Both the position numbers and the translations under genes were made by a program. Under the pieces are notes generated by a model, which saw only the letters and a list, made by a program, of their open reading frames with translations, was not told where the DNA came from and made no database searches. From Pyrodictium abyssi (lineage in GTDB: Archaea > Thermoproteota > Thermoprotei_A > Sulfolobales > Pyrodictiaceae): a DNA stretch of 32,000 bases. Where the stretch lies: the NCBI RefSeq assembly GCF_036323395.1, contig NZ_AP028907.1, forward strand, positions 120,001 through 152,000. The letters run 5' to 3'. Positions 1-9,151 of this stretch are shown here, piece by piece (the stretch's first letter is position 1; the number at the start of each line of letters is the position of its first letter).

Positions 1-25
1 CCGCATGGTGTCGTGGTCTAGCTGT

Positions 26-988
26 TTATTGTAGGCCGAGCCTCTGGCGCGCTCTGCGGCACGCTTCAACCATTTCCTCATCTATTATCGGTATGCCTTT
101 CTCGTAGAACCACTCGCCGAAGTCGTGGTCGCTGGTGAGTATATGGTTCTTCACCCACTCGGACAGGAAGTGCAGGATACTCAGTGTTAGCTGCTTCTCG
201 CCAGCCTCGTACTGCTCCATGAACTCTGCTACCTTCTTTACGAAGCCCTCGTGCTGGCGGCGGTGGCTCTCTGCGCGTGGGTACCCGTACTTGTCGAAGA
301 GCTTCTCCTCGCTGCGGAAGTGGAACTTGGTGTAGTCTACCAGGCTGTTGAGCGTCTCATCCACTACTTTCTTTTCTTCGCCGGCTAGTATGCTTATGTA
401 GAGGTTGTTTAGCACCGTGACCAGGTAGCGGTGCTGGTTGTCGACGCCCCGGATGTAGACGCTGAACTCGGGCCCCCAGCGGTACATGTAGCGCCTCAGC
501 TTGGCCACGACGACGCGTACCTTGCCAGTCCACTCGTCAAGAGCATGCAGTGCGTCGAGCCCATAGCTTACGCCTAGGCCCGGCTCCTCGAGGCGTACAG
601 CAGTGATTATTACACCATACGTTAGTATCCATGCGTTAAGCCTCTCCCCCTCTATTATGAGGAGCCGGGGCCCCATTTCGGGCTCGAGCCTGGATGCTAC
701 AAGGTGTTTCACTTGGCCCTGGAGCCCGTGTAGCCGCGTCTCGAACTCCTCCTTGGACTCGGCTGCTTCGAGTATGTAGAGAACGAGGCTTGGATCGTCA
801 AGCAGTCTACTATTCCACTCTATGCTCTCGGCGACGTAGGAGAAGGGCGGCACCATTGTCTTCGGTATGGGTTTTCTCTCCTCAGGTATCTCGTCCACGC
901 CTACCTCTACTATGTACCGTACGTCTGGGTCGCGTGTATGCCACCAGTATCGGAGCTTGCGTAGAAACCCGGGTGTCAAGGAGACCAC
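26..988 (-). CDS. Hemerythrin-domain protein: uncharacterised ~170-aa N-terminal domain plus C-terminal bacteriohemerythrin-like domain
   Basis: 320-aa ORF. C-terminal part has a hemerythrin ligand pattern: VDNQHRYL, HFRSEEKLF, ESHRRQHEGF, HILTSDHDFGEWF. Confidence 0.85.
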   Translation of the reverse strand: MVSLTPGFLRKLRYWWHTRDPDVRYIVEVGVDEIPEERKPIPKTMVPPFSYVAESIEWNSRLLDDPSLVLYILEAAESKEEFETRLHGLQGQVKHLVASRLEPEMGPRLLIIEGERLNAWILTYGVIITAVRLEEPGLGVSYGLDALHALDEWTGKVRVVVAKLRRYMYRWGPEFSVYIRGVDNQHRYLVTVLNNLYISILAGEEKKVVDETLNSLVDYTKFHFRSEEKLFDKYGYPRAESHRRQHEGFVKKVAEFMEQYEAGEKQLTLSILHFLSEWVKNHILTSDHDFGEWFYEKGIPIIDEEMVEACRRARQRLGLQ

Positions 989-1184
989 AAACCCCAGTGG
1001 GTTACCTGGCTTATGCTCATATATTTGTCTTGTCTCTTAATTATTCATCAGTTTACATATAGTACAATAACCTGCTCATCTTGAGTCATGCATGCAGAGG
1101 CAGACCATACGCTACTGATGATTAGCCCCGCAAGGAGCGTATTATTAGGAGCCCGGCTGCTAGGCTAGCAGCAGGGGTCTAAGC

Positions 1185-1592
1185 ATGGAAAATAGCTACT
1201 GTAGCAGGAAGTCTGACGAGATAATACACTTCGTGACATGGCGTATGGACAATATGCCGGACTACAAGGACTGGGTTATGTCGATGCTACGAGCCTGGGG
1301 CGCGATGCTCAACGAGGCAAACAACCAGCGCTCTCTCCTCCCCTTCGCCTCGCTGGCGTTAACCCACCTCGGCGTCGGCCTCACCGCCACCTATGTTATC
1401 GAGGGGGCTAGCCCGGAGGAGGCCCTCAAGAAGGCTAAGGAGGAGCTATGTGCCGTGTATAAGGCTAGCCTCGAGCTGCTCGATAAAGCGTTCCAGCAGG
1501 GCAAGATAATGGAGATAATAGAGGAGTCCATGAGGGAGGCAGAGGAAGCTGTTCAGAGCGAGGGCGTGGAACAGGCCAGAGAAGGCTCCTAG
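1185..1592 (+). CDS. Small, predicted helical conserved-type protein of unknown function
   Basis: 135-aa ORF with charged helical C-terminus (EEALKKAKEELCAVYKASLELLDKAF...) after an AT-rich promoter-like region. Internal Met (MDNMPD) is an alternative start. Confidence 0.6.
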   Translation: MENSYCSRKSDEIIHFVTWRMDNMPDYKDWVMSMLRAWGAMLNEANNQRSLLPFASLALTHLGVGLTATYVIEGASPEEALKKAKEELCAVYKASLELLDKAFQQGKIMEIIEESMREAEEAVQSEGVEQAREGS

Positions 1593-1633
1593 ACGGATCA
1601 GCCAATGCTTCCACGCCGCCGTCCTAGCCAGGG

Positions 1634-3985
1634 CTATTCTTCGAGCCTAGCCGCTGCTACCAGGAGCTGGCCCGCAGCTATCCCGCCGTCGCCTGGCGGC
1701 AGGCGGCGGGGTACTTGTGCCTCTAGGCCATGGCCTCTCAGTGCCTCCCGGATCCCCTGGACTATGGGGGTGTTGACTGCCGCGCCTCCGGCGATGTATA
1801 CTGGGCCGTCTAGCCCTCTTGCTGCGCGGGCTGCTGCTTCTCCTAGGGCTCTGCCTAGGCCGCGCTGGACCGTGGCTGCTATGTCCCTTGTGGGGAGCCT
1901 GTCGAGGTTCTCGATGACCCAGTGTAGGAGCCCCGGGGTGTCAACCACGAGGCGGCCGTCTAGGCTGAGAAGCCTCGGAGTGTAGCCATGGTCGCGGCCT
2001 CCGCGCGCCGCTGCTTCTAGCCTCATGGCTGGCTCGCCTTCGTAGTCGCGGCGCCAGGCTATGCCCAGGAGCGCTGCTAGGGCGTCGAGGGTACGGCCCA
2101 TGCTCGTCGTTATGGGTGCTCTCCCGGAGGCTGCTAGCCTGTAGCTCACCCGGGCCTCGGCCTCGCCGTGGGGCAGCCTATCCCTGGATAGGAGCCCGCG
2201 GCGCCGCAGTATGCTCAGCGTCTCTTCCTCGTCGAGGCCGGAGGCCTGCATGAGGCCTATGAGGGCCTTCACCGGCCACTTCGCTGCCGCGTCTCCGCCG
2301 GGGAGCCGGAAGGGGTAGAGGCTCGCGGCGCGGGTGAAGCTGCTGTATCTGGCTACGAGTACCTCGCCTCCCCATACCGTGGCGTCGGTGCCGTACCCTG
2401 TACCGTCTATCGTTATCGCCGCTCTCTTCTCGCCCGGTGGGACACGGTCCTCGAGCATGGCCGCTGCTGCGTGGGCGTGGTGGTGCTGTACCTCTACCAG
2501 CTCGGCGCCGTACTCGTCTGCAAGCCTCGCGGCGAGGCCGCGGTTGTGGTAGCCTGGGTGCATGTCCACGGCAACTACTCTGGGCTTCAGGGAGTAGACC
2601 TCTATGAACCAGCGTAGCTCGCGCTCTAGCTCCTCTACCTGGCCCGGCTCGTCCATGTCGCCTATGTACTGGGTTGGTACCACCTTATCCTCGAAGGCTA
2701 CTGCGCCCGCTGTCTGCAGCTCGGCGCCCACCGCGACCATGTCGGGCAGCTCCATGGGGGCGTATAGCCACATGGGGGCGTAGCCGCGGGCGCGGCGGAG
2801 GAATACGAGCTCCCCGTCGGTGTAGCGTAGTACGCTGTCGTCGACGCGGTGTACTATCTCCCGGTCGTGGGCTACAACGTAGTCCGCTATGCCGCGTAGG
2901 TGGGTGAAGACGCACTCCAGGGTTGTGCACATGGGGTAGCCTGTCTCGTTCCCGCTCGTCATGATGAGGAATCCGTCGCGGACCCGCTCGAGGAGTAGAG
3001 CCTGGAACCCCGTGTAGGGCAGCATCACCCCTATGGTGTCGAGGCCAGGTGCTACCAGCTCGGAGACGGGTGAGCCTGGACGCTTGGGGAGGAGGAGTAT
3101 CGGCCTCTCCGCCGACTCTAGCACCTCGCAGGCGCCGGGAGGAGGCTCCGCTATCGCCTGGACCACGCCACAGTCCCGGGCCATTAGAGCGAAGGGCTTC
3201 GAGGGACGGCGCTTGCGGCGCCGGAGCTCCTCGACCACGTCGTCCCGGCTAGCGAGGGCTGCTAGGTGGAAGCCCCCGACACCCTTTATCGCCAGTATGT
3301 AGCCCTCCTCTATCCTCTCGGCCGCCCACTCCACGGGGTCCTCTACGTCGAGCCGCCTACCGTCCATTGTGTAGACGTGGGTCCTCGGGCCGCACCGGGG
3401 GCAGCTTATCCCCTGGGCGTGGAAGCGGCGGAGGTTCCCAGGGTCCTCGTAGTCTCTCCGGCACTCCCTGCAGAGGGGGTACTGCCTCATGGCGGTGTTC
3501 TCGCGGTCGTAGGGCACCGTGTACATCATGGAGAACCTTGGGCCGCACCAGGCACAGCTATTCCAGTAGTAGCCGTGGAACCTTGTGGAGGGGTCGTGGA
3601 TCTCGCGGAGACAGTCCCTGCATATACCGAAGTCGGGGGGTATCATGCTACGCCGGCTCTTCCGCCGCTCGCTTCTCCTTATAGTGAACCCGTCTAGGCC
3701 CTGAGGCTCTGCCTCCTCTATCTCTAGCTCCTCTATGCGGGCTGGCGGCGGCCTCTCCCGGTAGAGGCCCTCGATGAAGCTCGCGAGCTGGCTGGGCTGG
3801 CCCTCGACGTAGATCTCTACCTCGCTGCCGCCGAGGTTCACTACGTAGCCGGATAGGCCTCTGGAGACTGCTAGCCTATATATGAAGGGGCGGAAGCCTA
3901 CCCCCTGCACTATGCCGGCCACGCGGAGCCGTAGGGCCCTCCTAGCCTTTGTCAACGCGTTGTACACCCTTGGGGAGGCGGGCAC
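1634..3985 (-). CDS. hypF: Carbamoyltransferase HypF
   Basis: Acylphosphatase domain (RVAGIVQGVGFRPFIYRLA), zinc fingers (CGICRDCLREI...CAWCGP, CRECRRDYEDP...CPRCGP), YrdC-like region (GVKGVGGFHLAALA), Kae1-like domain (HHHAHAAAAMLE, IDGTGYGTD, AGGAAVNTP). Located in a hyp operon. Confidence 0.97.
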   Translation of the reverse strand: MPASPRVYNALTKARRALRLRVAGIVQGVGFRPFIYRLAVSRGLSGYVVNLGGSEVEIYVEGQPSQLASFIEGLYRERPPPARIEELEIEEAEPQGLDGFTIRRSERRKSRRSMIPPDFGICRDCLREIHDPSTRFHGYYWNSCAWCGPRFSMMYTVPYDRENTAMRQYPLCRECRRDYEDPGNLRRFHAQGISCPRCGPRTHVYTMDGRRLDVEDPVEWAAERIEEGYILAIKGVGGFHLAALASRDDVVEELRRRKRRPSKPFALMARDCGVVQAIAEPPPGACEVLESAERPILLLPKRPGSPVSELVAPGLDTIGVMLPYTGFQALLLERVRDGFLIMTSGNETGYPMCTTLECVFTHLRGIADYVVAHDREIVHRVDDSVLRYTDGELVFLRRARGYAPMWLYAPMELPDMVAVGAELQTAGAVAFEDKVVPTQYIGDMDEPGQVEELERELRWFIEVYSLKPRVVAVDMHPGYHNRGLAARLADEYGAELVEVQHHHAHAAAAMLEDRVPPGEKRAAITIDGTGYGTDATVWGGEVLVARYSSFTRAASLYPFRLPGGDAAAKWPVKALIGLMQASGLDEEETLSILRRRGLLSRDRLPHGEAEARVSYRLAASGRAPITTSMGRTLDALAALLGIAWRRDYEGEPAMRLEAAARGGRDHGYTPRLLSLDGRLVVDTPGLLHWVIENLDRLPTRDIAATVQRGLGRALGEAAARAARGLDGPVYIAGGAAVNTPIVQGIREALRGHGLEAQVPRRLPPGDGGIAAGQLLVAAARLEE

Positions 3986-4030
3986 CGGGGAAGAACACTG
4001 CGGGGCGCGGTCGAGGGGTGTTGGCTTCGG

Positions 4031-5092
4031 CTAGCATATGCGTGGGACTAGCTCGCCGCTAGGAGGCTCTAGTATGCGGACCCCGCCGGTCACGCTCTTG
4101 AGGAGTACTCTGCCAGCGTGCCTGGGGTCCTTGGGCTCGTAGACCTCGCCTATTATCGCGGCTTCTTTGAATCCCAGGCTATGCATGTACTCGACTATCT
4201 CCTCGGCCTTTGAGGGCTCCACGGCTAGTACCGCGGCGCCCTCGCTTGCTAGGCTGAAGGGGTCTACGCCGAGCATCTCGGCGTACTCTCGTACCTGGGG
4301 CCGGACCGGCGTCCTAGACTCGTCTACCACTATTACGGTCTTGGTCTTCTCGGCCCAGTTGTTGAGCAGCATTGCTAGCCCGCCGCGTGTCGGGTCGCCG
4401 GCCCCGTGTATGCTGCCGCGGTACCTCTCTAGCAGCGGGAGCATCAGCCCGGTGAGCGGCTTAACGTCGCTTTCTACCCCCAGGTCTACTCCTATCGACT
4501 GTTGTGCCGCTAGGATGGCCGCGCCGTGGTCTCCTAGGTAGCCGGAGACGATTATCTTGTCGCCAGGCCGTATCTCGGTGTCGACTATGGGCTTACCCTC
4601 CACCATACCTATGCCCATCGAGGCTATTACTATGCCGTCTAGCTGGCCTTTAGGCATAACCTTGAAGTCGCCGCCTACGAGCGCGACTCTCTCCTCTGCT
4701 AGGGTGCGTATAAAGCTCTCCATTACCTTCTTGAAGTCCTCTATCGGGAACCCCTCCTCTACCACGACCCCGTCGAGCACTGCTAGGGGCCTGGCGCCAA
4801 CCATTAGGAGGTCGTTTATCGTGCCAGAGGCAGCGAGTCTGCCAAGGTCGCCGCCAGGGAAGAATATCGGCTTAACAGTATAGGTGTCAACAGTCACAGC
4901 TATGTAGCGGTTCTCGCCAGCAGGTATTAGGGCCGCGTCATCCAGTATATCGAGCCCTGTGCCGCCCTCGACTTTCCACAGCTCCGGAGGCACGCTATGG
5001 ACGATGAGGTTCTTTACAAGCTCTTCCGTCTCTTTACCGCCCGAGCCGTGGGCTAGAGTTATGAACTTCCATAGGCGGACATACCACGTCAT
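4031..5092 (-). CDS. hypE: Hydrogenase expression/formation protein HypE
   Basis: AIR-synthase-like fold (AHGSGGKETEELV, VTVDTYTVKPIFFPGGDLGRLAASGTINDLLMVGARP, GDKIIVSGYLGDHG) and the canonical C-terminus ...PRIC. Confidence 0.97.
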   Translation of the reverse strand: MTWYVRLWKFITLAHGSGGKETEELVKNLIVHSVPPELWKVEGGTGLDILDDAALIPAGENRYIAVTVDTYTVKPIFFPGGDLGRLAASGTINDLLMVGARPLAVLDGVVVEEGFPIEDFKKVMESFIRTLAEERVALVGGDFKVMPKGQLDGIVIASMGIGMVEGKPIVDTEIRPGDKIIVSGYLGDHGAAILAAQQSIGVDLGVESDVKPLTGLMLPLLERYRGSIHGAGDPTRGGLAMLLNNWAEKTKTVIVVDESRTPVRPQVREYAEMLGVDPFSLASEGAAVLAVEPSKAEEIVEYMHSLGFKEAAIIGEVYEPKDPRHAGRVLLKSVTGGVRILEPPSGELVPRIC

Positions 5093-5195
5093 AGCAGCAC
5101 ACCCGTCAACTTAAGCCATTAAGCCATGAGAAAGATAGGGCGGGGTTACACGTCGATGCATAGCGCACGTCTGCCACCGTGGTGATTGTGCAGCG

Positions 5196-5468
5196 TTACT
5201 CTGTCTTCTCGAGGCCTAGCAGCTTCTCTATCTCCTCTGCTTTCCTCTCTAGATCTGATATGAACTCCTCAATAACCTGTATCATTTCTTTTGCCCGTTC
5301 CTCGTCTATCTTCTCTATGGCTACCCCGGCGTGGACTATAACTAGGTCGCCGGGCTTTAGGTCCTCTAGGGCACCGACGTCTATCTCGCGGAGGACTCCG
5401 TCGCCGAAATCCACTACGGCTATGTGGCCTTTTACCTCCTTTACCTCTGCGGGTATACCCAAACACAT
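5196..5468 (-). CDS. hypC: Hydrogenase assembly chaperone HypC/HupF
   Basis: Canonical N-terminus MCLGIPAEV and GDLVIVHAGVAIEKID. The longer ORF start at 5480 (MARL-MCLG) is probably wrong because HypC requires Cys2; the Met codon at 5468 gives this. Confidence 0.93.
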   Translation of the reverse strand: MCLGIPAEVKEVKGHIAVVDFGDGVLREIDVGALEDLKPGDLVIVHAGVAIEKIDEERAKEMIQVIEEFISDLERKAEEIEKLLGLEKTE

Positions 5469-5558
5469 GAGTCTAGCCACCCTGCCTACACACGAGCATC
5501 ACGGAACACTACCATACGGGATGGGGCAAAACACGGGGGCAAGCCTGGGGCTCATAGC

Positions 5559-6770
5559 CTAGATTATGTTGAGGCTGCGTGCTATCTCCTCGGCCAGACC
5601 GCCTCCGCCGAACCGCGCCCAGACCGCGCATGCGCCCTCGCTACTGACCATGCATGGCCCGTAGGGGGTTCCGGGGGTACACGTCTTCATGAACAGTGGG
5701 CAGTCTGTAGGCTTAGCTATGCCTAGTGTTACCTCTGCACAGCGGCAGCCTGGCGGGAGGTCGTAGCGCCACTCCTCGGGCGTGAGCTCCTTTATGCCGT
5801 ACTCGTGGAATGCGTCCACGTTTCTGTACTTGTCGCGGAAGGCGAGGCCGCTACGCGGCACGAAGCCTATGCCGCGCCACGCGGCGTCCACCTCCTCACA
5901 GCACTCCATTATCAGCTTCTGGGCACGCGTATTGCCCTCCCATTTCACTACCCTACTGTACTCGTTGACTAGTCTCGGTTTGCCCTCTATATGCTGGCGT
6001 AGTATCTCCAGTATGGCTAGAAGCACATCTATCGGCTCGAACCCCGCCACGACCGTGGGTATGCCGTACTCGTCTACCACGAACTTCCAGGCTCTTGCGC
6101 CGACTATTGTGGAGACGTGCCCCGGCGCTATGACGCCGCGTATCGGGTTGTCGCGGTGAGTTTCAAAAGTGTACCTCATTATCGGGGGTGTTAGCCGGTG
6201 TATGTTCATTATCTTGAGGTTCTCGGGCACTGCGCCCGCCACGACAGGGCTGGCCGTGGCAGGTATTGTCGTCTCGAAGCCCACGGCGAGGAACATGCTG
6301 GGTTTCCTATCGCGGCGCGCCATCCTGATCGCGTCTAGCACACTGTATACTACTACGACGTCGCCTCCTGCCGCGCGGGCCTCTTCTAGGCTTCTTATGT
6401 CGCGGCCCCTCCGCCCGGAGCCAGGGAGCCGGTAGGCGTCGCCGTATGTGTATACCCTTATCCCCTCTAGGCTCAGCTTGACCGCGACGTCGATGTAGTA
6501 GGCGGGGGTTATGCAGACAGGGCAGCCGGGGCCCGCTACTATCTCTATCTCAGGGGGCATTAGGCTCCGGATACCGTAGTGCGTAACCGTGTACTCGTGC
6601 GTGCCACAGAAGTCCATTATCTTTATAGGTGTCTGGCCTACGCGTCTAGCAGCTACCGGTGCTAGCTTATGGATCTTCTCAACGACTTTGTACGCAAGCT
6701 CTCGGTCCCGTAGTTTCTCCTCGAGCAGCTTGAGGAGGTGCGACCGTGCAGGCTGCTGCTCAGCTTGCAA
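5559..6770 (-). CDS. hypD: Hydrogenase formation protein HypD
   Basis: IMDFCGTHEYTVTHYGIRSLMPPEIEIVAGPGCPVC, GFETTIPATA, PPGCRCAEV. ORF extends to 6839, but a TATA-like element at 6811-6820 implies the start lies downstream; a TTG near 6770 is the likeliest start. Confidence 0.93.
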   Translation of the reverse strand: MQAEQQPARSHLLKLLEEKLRDRELAYKVVEKIHKLAPVAARRVGQTPIKIMDFCGTHEYTVTHYGIRSLMPPEIEIVAGPGCPVCITPAYYIDVAVKLSLEGIRVYTYGDAYRLPGSGRRGRDIRSLEEARAAGGDVVVVYSVLDAIRMARRDRKPSMFLAVGFETTIPATASPVVAGAVPENLKIMNIHRLTPPIMRYTFETHRDNPIRGVIAPGHVSTIVGARAWKFVVDEYGIPTVVAGFEPIDVLLAILEILRQHIEGKPRLVNEYSRVVKWEGNTRAQKLIMECCEEVDAAWRGIGFVPRSGLAFRDKYRNVDAFHEYGIKELTPEEWRYDLPPGCRCAEVTLGIAKPTDCPLFMKTCTPGTPYGPCMVSSEGACAVWARFGGGGLAEEIARSLNII

Positions 6771-6783
6771 GGCCCATGGGGCA

Positions 6784-6804
6784 CCACGGTGTAGGACACC
6801 GTGG
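6784..6804. repeat. Perfect inverted repeat CCACGGTGT-AGG-ACACCGTGG (9-bp arms, 3-nt spacer)
   Basis: Read directly from the sequence; lies around the predicted transcription start of the hyp operon. Confidence 0.8.
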
Positions 6805-6810
6805 CGGGAG

Positions 6811-6820
6811 CTTAATTTAT
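6811..6820 (-). promoter_or_regulatory. TATA-like box of the hypDCEF operon
   Basis: Minus-strand ATAAATTAAG, about 40 nt upstream of the proposed hypD start, flanked by two perfect inverted repeats (6784-6804 and 6821-6836). Confidence 0.55.
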
Positions 6821-6836
6821 GTTCGCCCGGGCGAAC
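6821..6836. repeat. Perfect 16-bp palindrome GTTCGCCCGGGCGAAC (candidate operator)
   Basis: Read directly from the sequence; identical to its own reverse complement; directly abuts the upstream edge of the hypD TATA-like element. Confidence 0.8.
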
Positions 6837-6975
6837 CAAAAGTTGCAGTTAGCCCCTGTAGAGCTTTCCACTCCCTCAAGGATGCTAATGGCTCCCGTTT
6901 TTATGCCTCTCGGCCTGCTCTGCCAGCGCAGCGGCGCCCGCACTGGTAGGGATTAAAAGCGTTTCTGTAATATCT

Positions 6976-7872
6976 GTGCAGGGCTGCAAGGGGATGCATG
7001 TAATGAGCGGCTGGGACTGCATAGACTATAGCGGCGGTGTAAGGATATGCAGAGGAGACTTCGCGGTGAATACGCTAGTATACGGCGACAGGCTAGCCGT
7101 GGACCCATCGCGCGTACTGAGCCCCGTTAGGGCGGTGCTAATAACGCATGGCCATGTAGACCACTTCCGTTATGCCACCCCGCTACGCGAGAAGGGTGCA
7201 GCCGTTTACGCTCCACGGTTCTGCGCCCCCTTAGTGGAGGAGCCTAGGATAAACTACATGGCTACTATGGGCTGGGCTGCCGGGTTCGAGGAGCGCTACA
7301 TAACACCGTATTTCGTCGGGAAGGGGACCCGGGTAGATGTGCTAGTCGAGCAGGGCAGCCTAGAGGCCGGCGGCGTACATGTCAACGCTATACCTACTCC
7401 CGGGCATACTCCGGGCCACACCGCGTACCTCGTAGAGGCGGGCGGCACAGTGTTCCTCGTGGCCGGTGACACAGTCTATGGTGAAGAGTATCTTCAGGAC
7501 AACCCTGTACTCTACCACACGGATACCCTTAGATGGCTGGAGTCACTGGATAGACTAGAAGAGCTCGACTTCGATGTCCTCGTACCAGGCCATGGTCATC
7601 CTGTTGAGGCCAGGGAGGCGCGGAGGGTCATAAAGCGTAACCGGGAGAAGGTACGCGAGATGCTCTCGCTCGTCGAGTCTGTCCTCGGTGAAGAGCCGCT
7701 CTCGGGGGACGAGGTCATAGAGCTGCTCCTAGAGGCTACGGGGCTTGCTAGGAGCAGGCGCGCCTACTCAATATACATGCCTAGTGTACGGGCCCTGCTC
7801 AACGCGCTCACAGCACTCGGCAGAGCCAGGAGGAATATCGTGAAAGGAGTGCCAAAGTGGCGGAAGCCATAG
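6976..7872 (+). CDS. MBL-fold metal-dependent hydrolase
   Basis: Metallo-beta-lactamase motifs LITHGHVDHFRYA, PTPGHTPGHTAYLV, FLVAGDTVYGEE, DVLVPGHGHPV. Starts at 6976 (GTG), 6994 or 7003 (ATG) are possible. Confidence 0.88.
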   Translation: MQGCKGMHVMSGWDCIDYSGGVRICRGDFAVNTLVYGDRLAVDPSRVLSPVRAVLITHGHVDHFRYATPLREKGAAVYAPRFCAPLVEEPRINYMATMGWAAGFEERYITPYFVGKGTRVDVLVEQGSLEAGGVHVNAIPTPGHTPGHTAYLVEAGGTVFLVAGDTVYGEEYLQDNPVLYHTDTLRWLESLDRLEELDFDVLVPGHGHPVEAREARRVIKRNREKVREMLSLVESVLGEEPLSGDEVIELLLEATGLARSRRAYSIYMPSVRALLNALTALGRARRNIVKGVPKWRKP

Positions 7873-7974
7873 GAGAGTTATCGCTAGAAATATTTACTAG
7901 CTAGTAGCGTCCCCAAGCTCAGCCTTCCCCATGGATACTATGTCTAGACGTCTACACGCTTACACCCCGACTGT

Positions 7975-8670
7975 ATGATCCCCTACATGGAGGTGTTGCT
8001 GGTGACGGCTAGGCAGGAGCTCAGAGGCCTAGTGGTAAAGACCCTCGCCATAACCCCTAGCGGCGCGCTTAGCCCTGGACCGCTCTCCGCAAGCGCTGTA
8101 GCCATAGGCGCTCTTCTCGGCCCCCTTGGCGGCTTCCTGGTGGCCCTAGGGCACATGCTGTTCGAGCTACCGTACGTGATGCTGCTTGTCAAGTGGGCTG
8201 AGCGGTTCAACAGGGTGCTGGCCAGGGTGGAGAAGCCGCTCAACCTCGTAGTGGCCGGGTTCATAGTGTTCTTCGCCTACGGGCTGTTCCGCGACGCCGC
8301 GGCAGCGCTATCCGGGACGGTGAACACGGGGTCTGCGATAACCGTCGGAGGGGGCGTGCTGGGCGCGCTGCTCACCGGGGCCGTACTCACCGGGTTTAAC
8401 CCCTACTTCCTGGCGTGGTGGGTGACTGTCGGCCTCCCCCTGGTACGCGGCGCCGCCGAGCACGGGGTCAAGGGCTTCACAGTAATGTATGCGAGCCATG
8501 TGTGGATGGACTACGCGTGGCTGGTGCTACTAGCTGCCGCCGGCGCGGGGCTGTCCCGGATAGCAGGGCTGTATGCTGCACTGCTAGCAGGGCTGGGGGT
8601 TGTGCTTCTGCTCTTTGCAGCCGATATGCTGGCCCGGAGCTTCGCAGGGAAGCGGATCCTCCCCTTCTAG
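7975..8670 (+). CDS. LysE/RhtB-like transporter family membrane protein
   Basis: 231 aa, about 6 hydrophobic segments; SGALSPGPLSASAVAIGALLGPLGG near the N-terminus and GFNPYFLAWWVTVG mid-protein resemble LysE-type exporters. Confidence 0.7.
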   Translation: MIPYMEVLLVTARQELRGLVVKTLAITPSGALSPGPLSASAVAIGALLGPLGGFLVALGHMLFELPYVMLLVKWAERFNRVLARVEKPLNLVVAGFIVFFAYGLFRDAAAALSGTVNTGSAITVGGGVLGALLTGAVLTGFNPYFLAWWVTVGLPLVRGAAEHGVKGFTVMYASHVWMDYAWLVLLAAAGAGLSRIAGLYAALLAGLGVVLLLFAADMLARSFAGKRILPF

Positions 8671-8707
8671 CCCGGGGCCTACCTCGAGCCCCTATTTCCC
8701 TCCCCTA

Positions 8708-9151
8708 GTGTACTCGAAGCAGCGTAGTGGGGCTAGAGCTGCTGTGGCGCCGCCATTCTACACGCTACAGGGTATCATACTGCAGCTCGAGCGCGGTATC
8801 CGGGTAGTCCGGAGGCTCCCCAAGCTGCAGCATCTCGACACAAGGTTGCTGCGCGGCGTGATAGCTGACTTTCTGAAAGACTTGAGCCACCTAGCAGTGT
8901 ACTCGCAGCTGCAGGGGCTAGGCGACGAGCGCTTCTACGGCGTAGTAGCCCGGTGTAGCCGGCTCTTTACCGAGGTCGGGCGGGCTGTGAGCACCCTGGA
9001 GGCGTTGGCGGAGCTTCAGAGGGTAGACCTACCCAGAGCTACGAAGAGGCTAGCAGAGACGCTAGCAGCTGACCCATGCCTGGAGGAGCTGGAGAAGCTT
9101 CTGGCAGAGGTAAAGAACACTATGGATACGCGAGGGCAGAAGAGTGGCTAG
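8708..9151 (+). CDS. Hypothetical helical protein
   Basis: In-frame ORF from 8600. The part after the upstream transporter stop reads as ordinary coding sequence (LERGIRVVRRLPKLQHLDTRLLRGVIADFLKDLSHLAVYSQLQG...). Possible GTG start at 8708. Ends 4 bp into the convergent pdxT. Confidence 0.5.
   Translation: MYSKQRSGARAAVAPPFYTLQGIILQLERGIRVVRRLPKLQHLDTRLLRGVIADFLKDLSHLAVYSQLQGLGDERFYGVVARCSRLFTEVGRAVSTLEALAELQRVDLPRATKRLAETLAADPCLEELEKLLAEVKNTMDTRGQKSG

Noticed and set aside
5469-5480. Longer HypC start (MARLMCLGIP...)
   Set aside because: HypC function depends on Cys at position 2, so the second Met is the real start.
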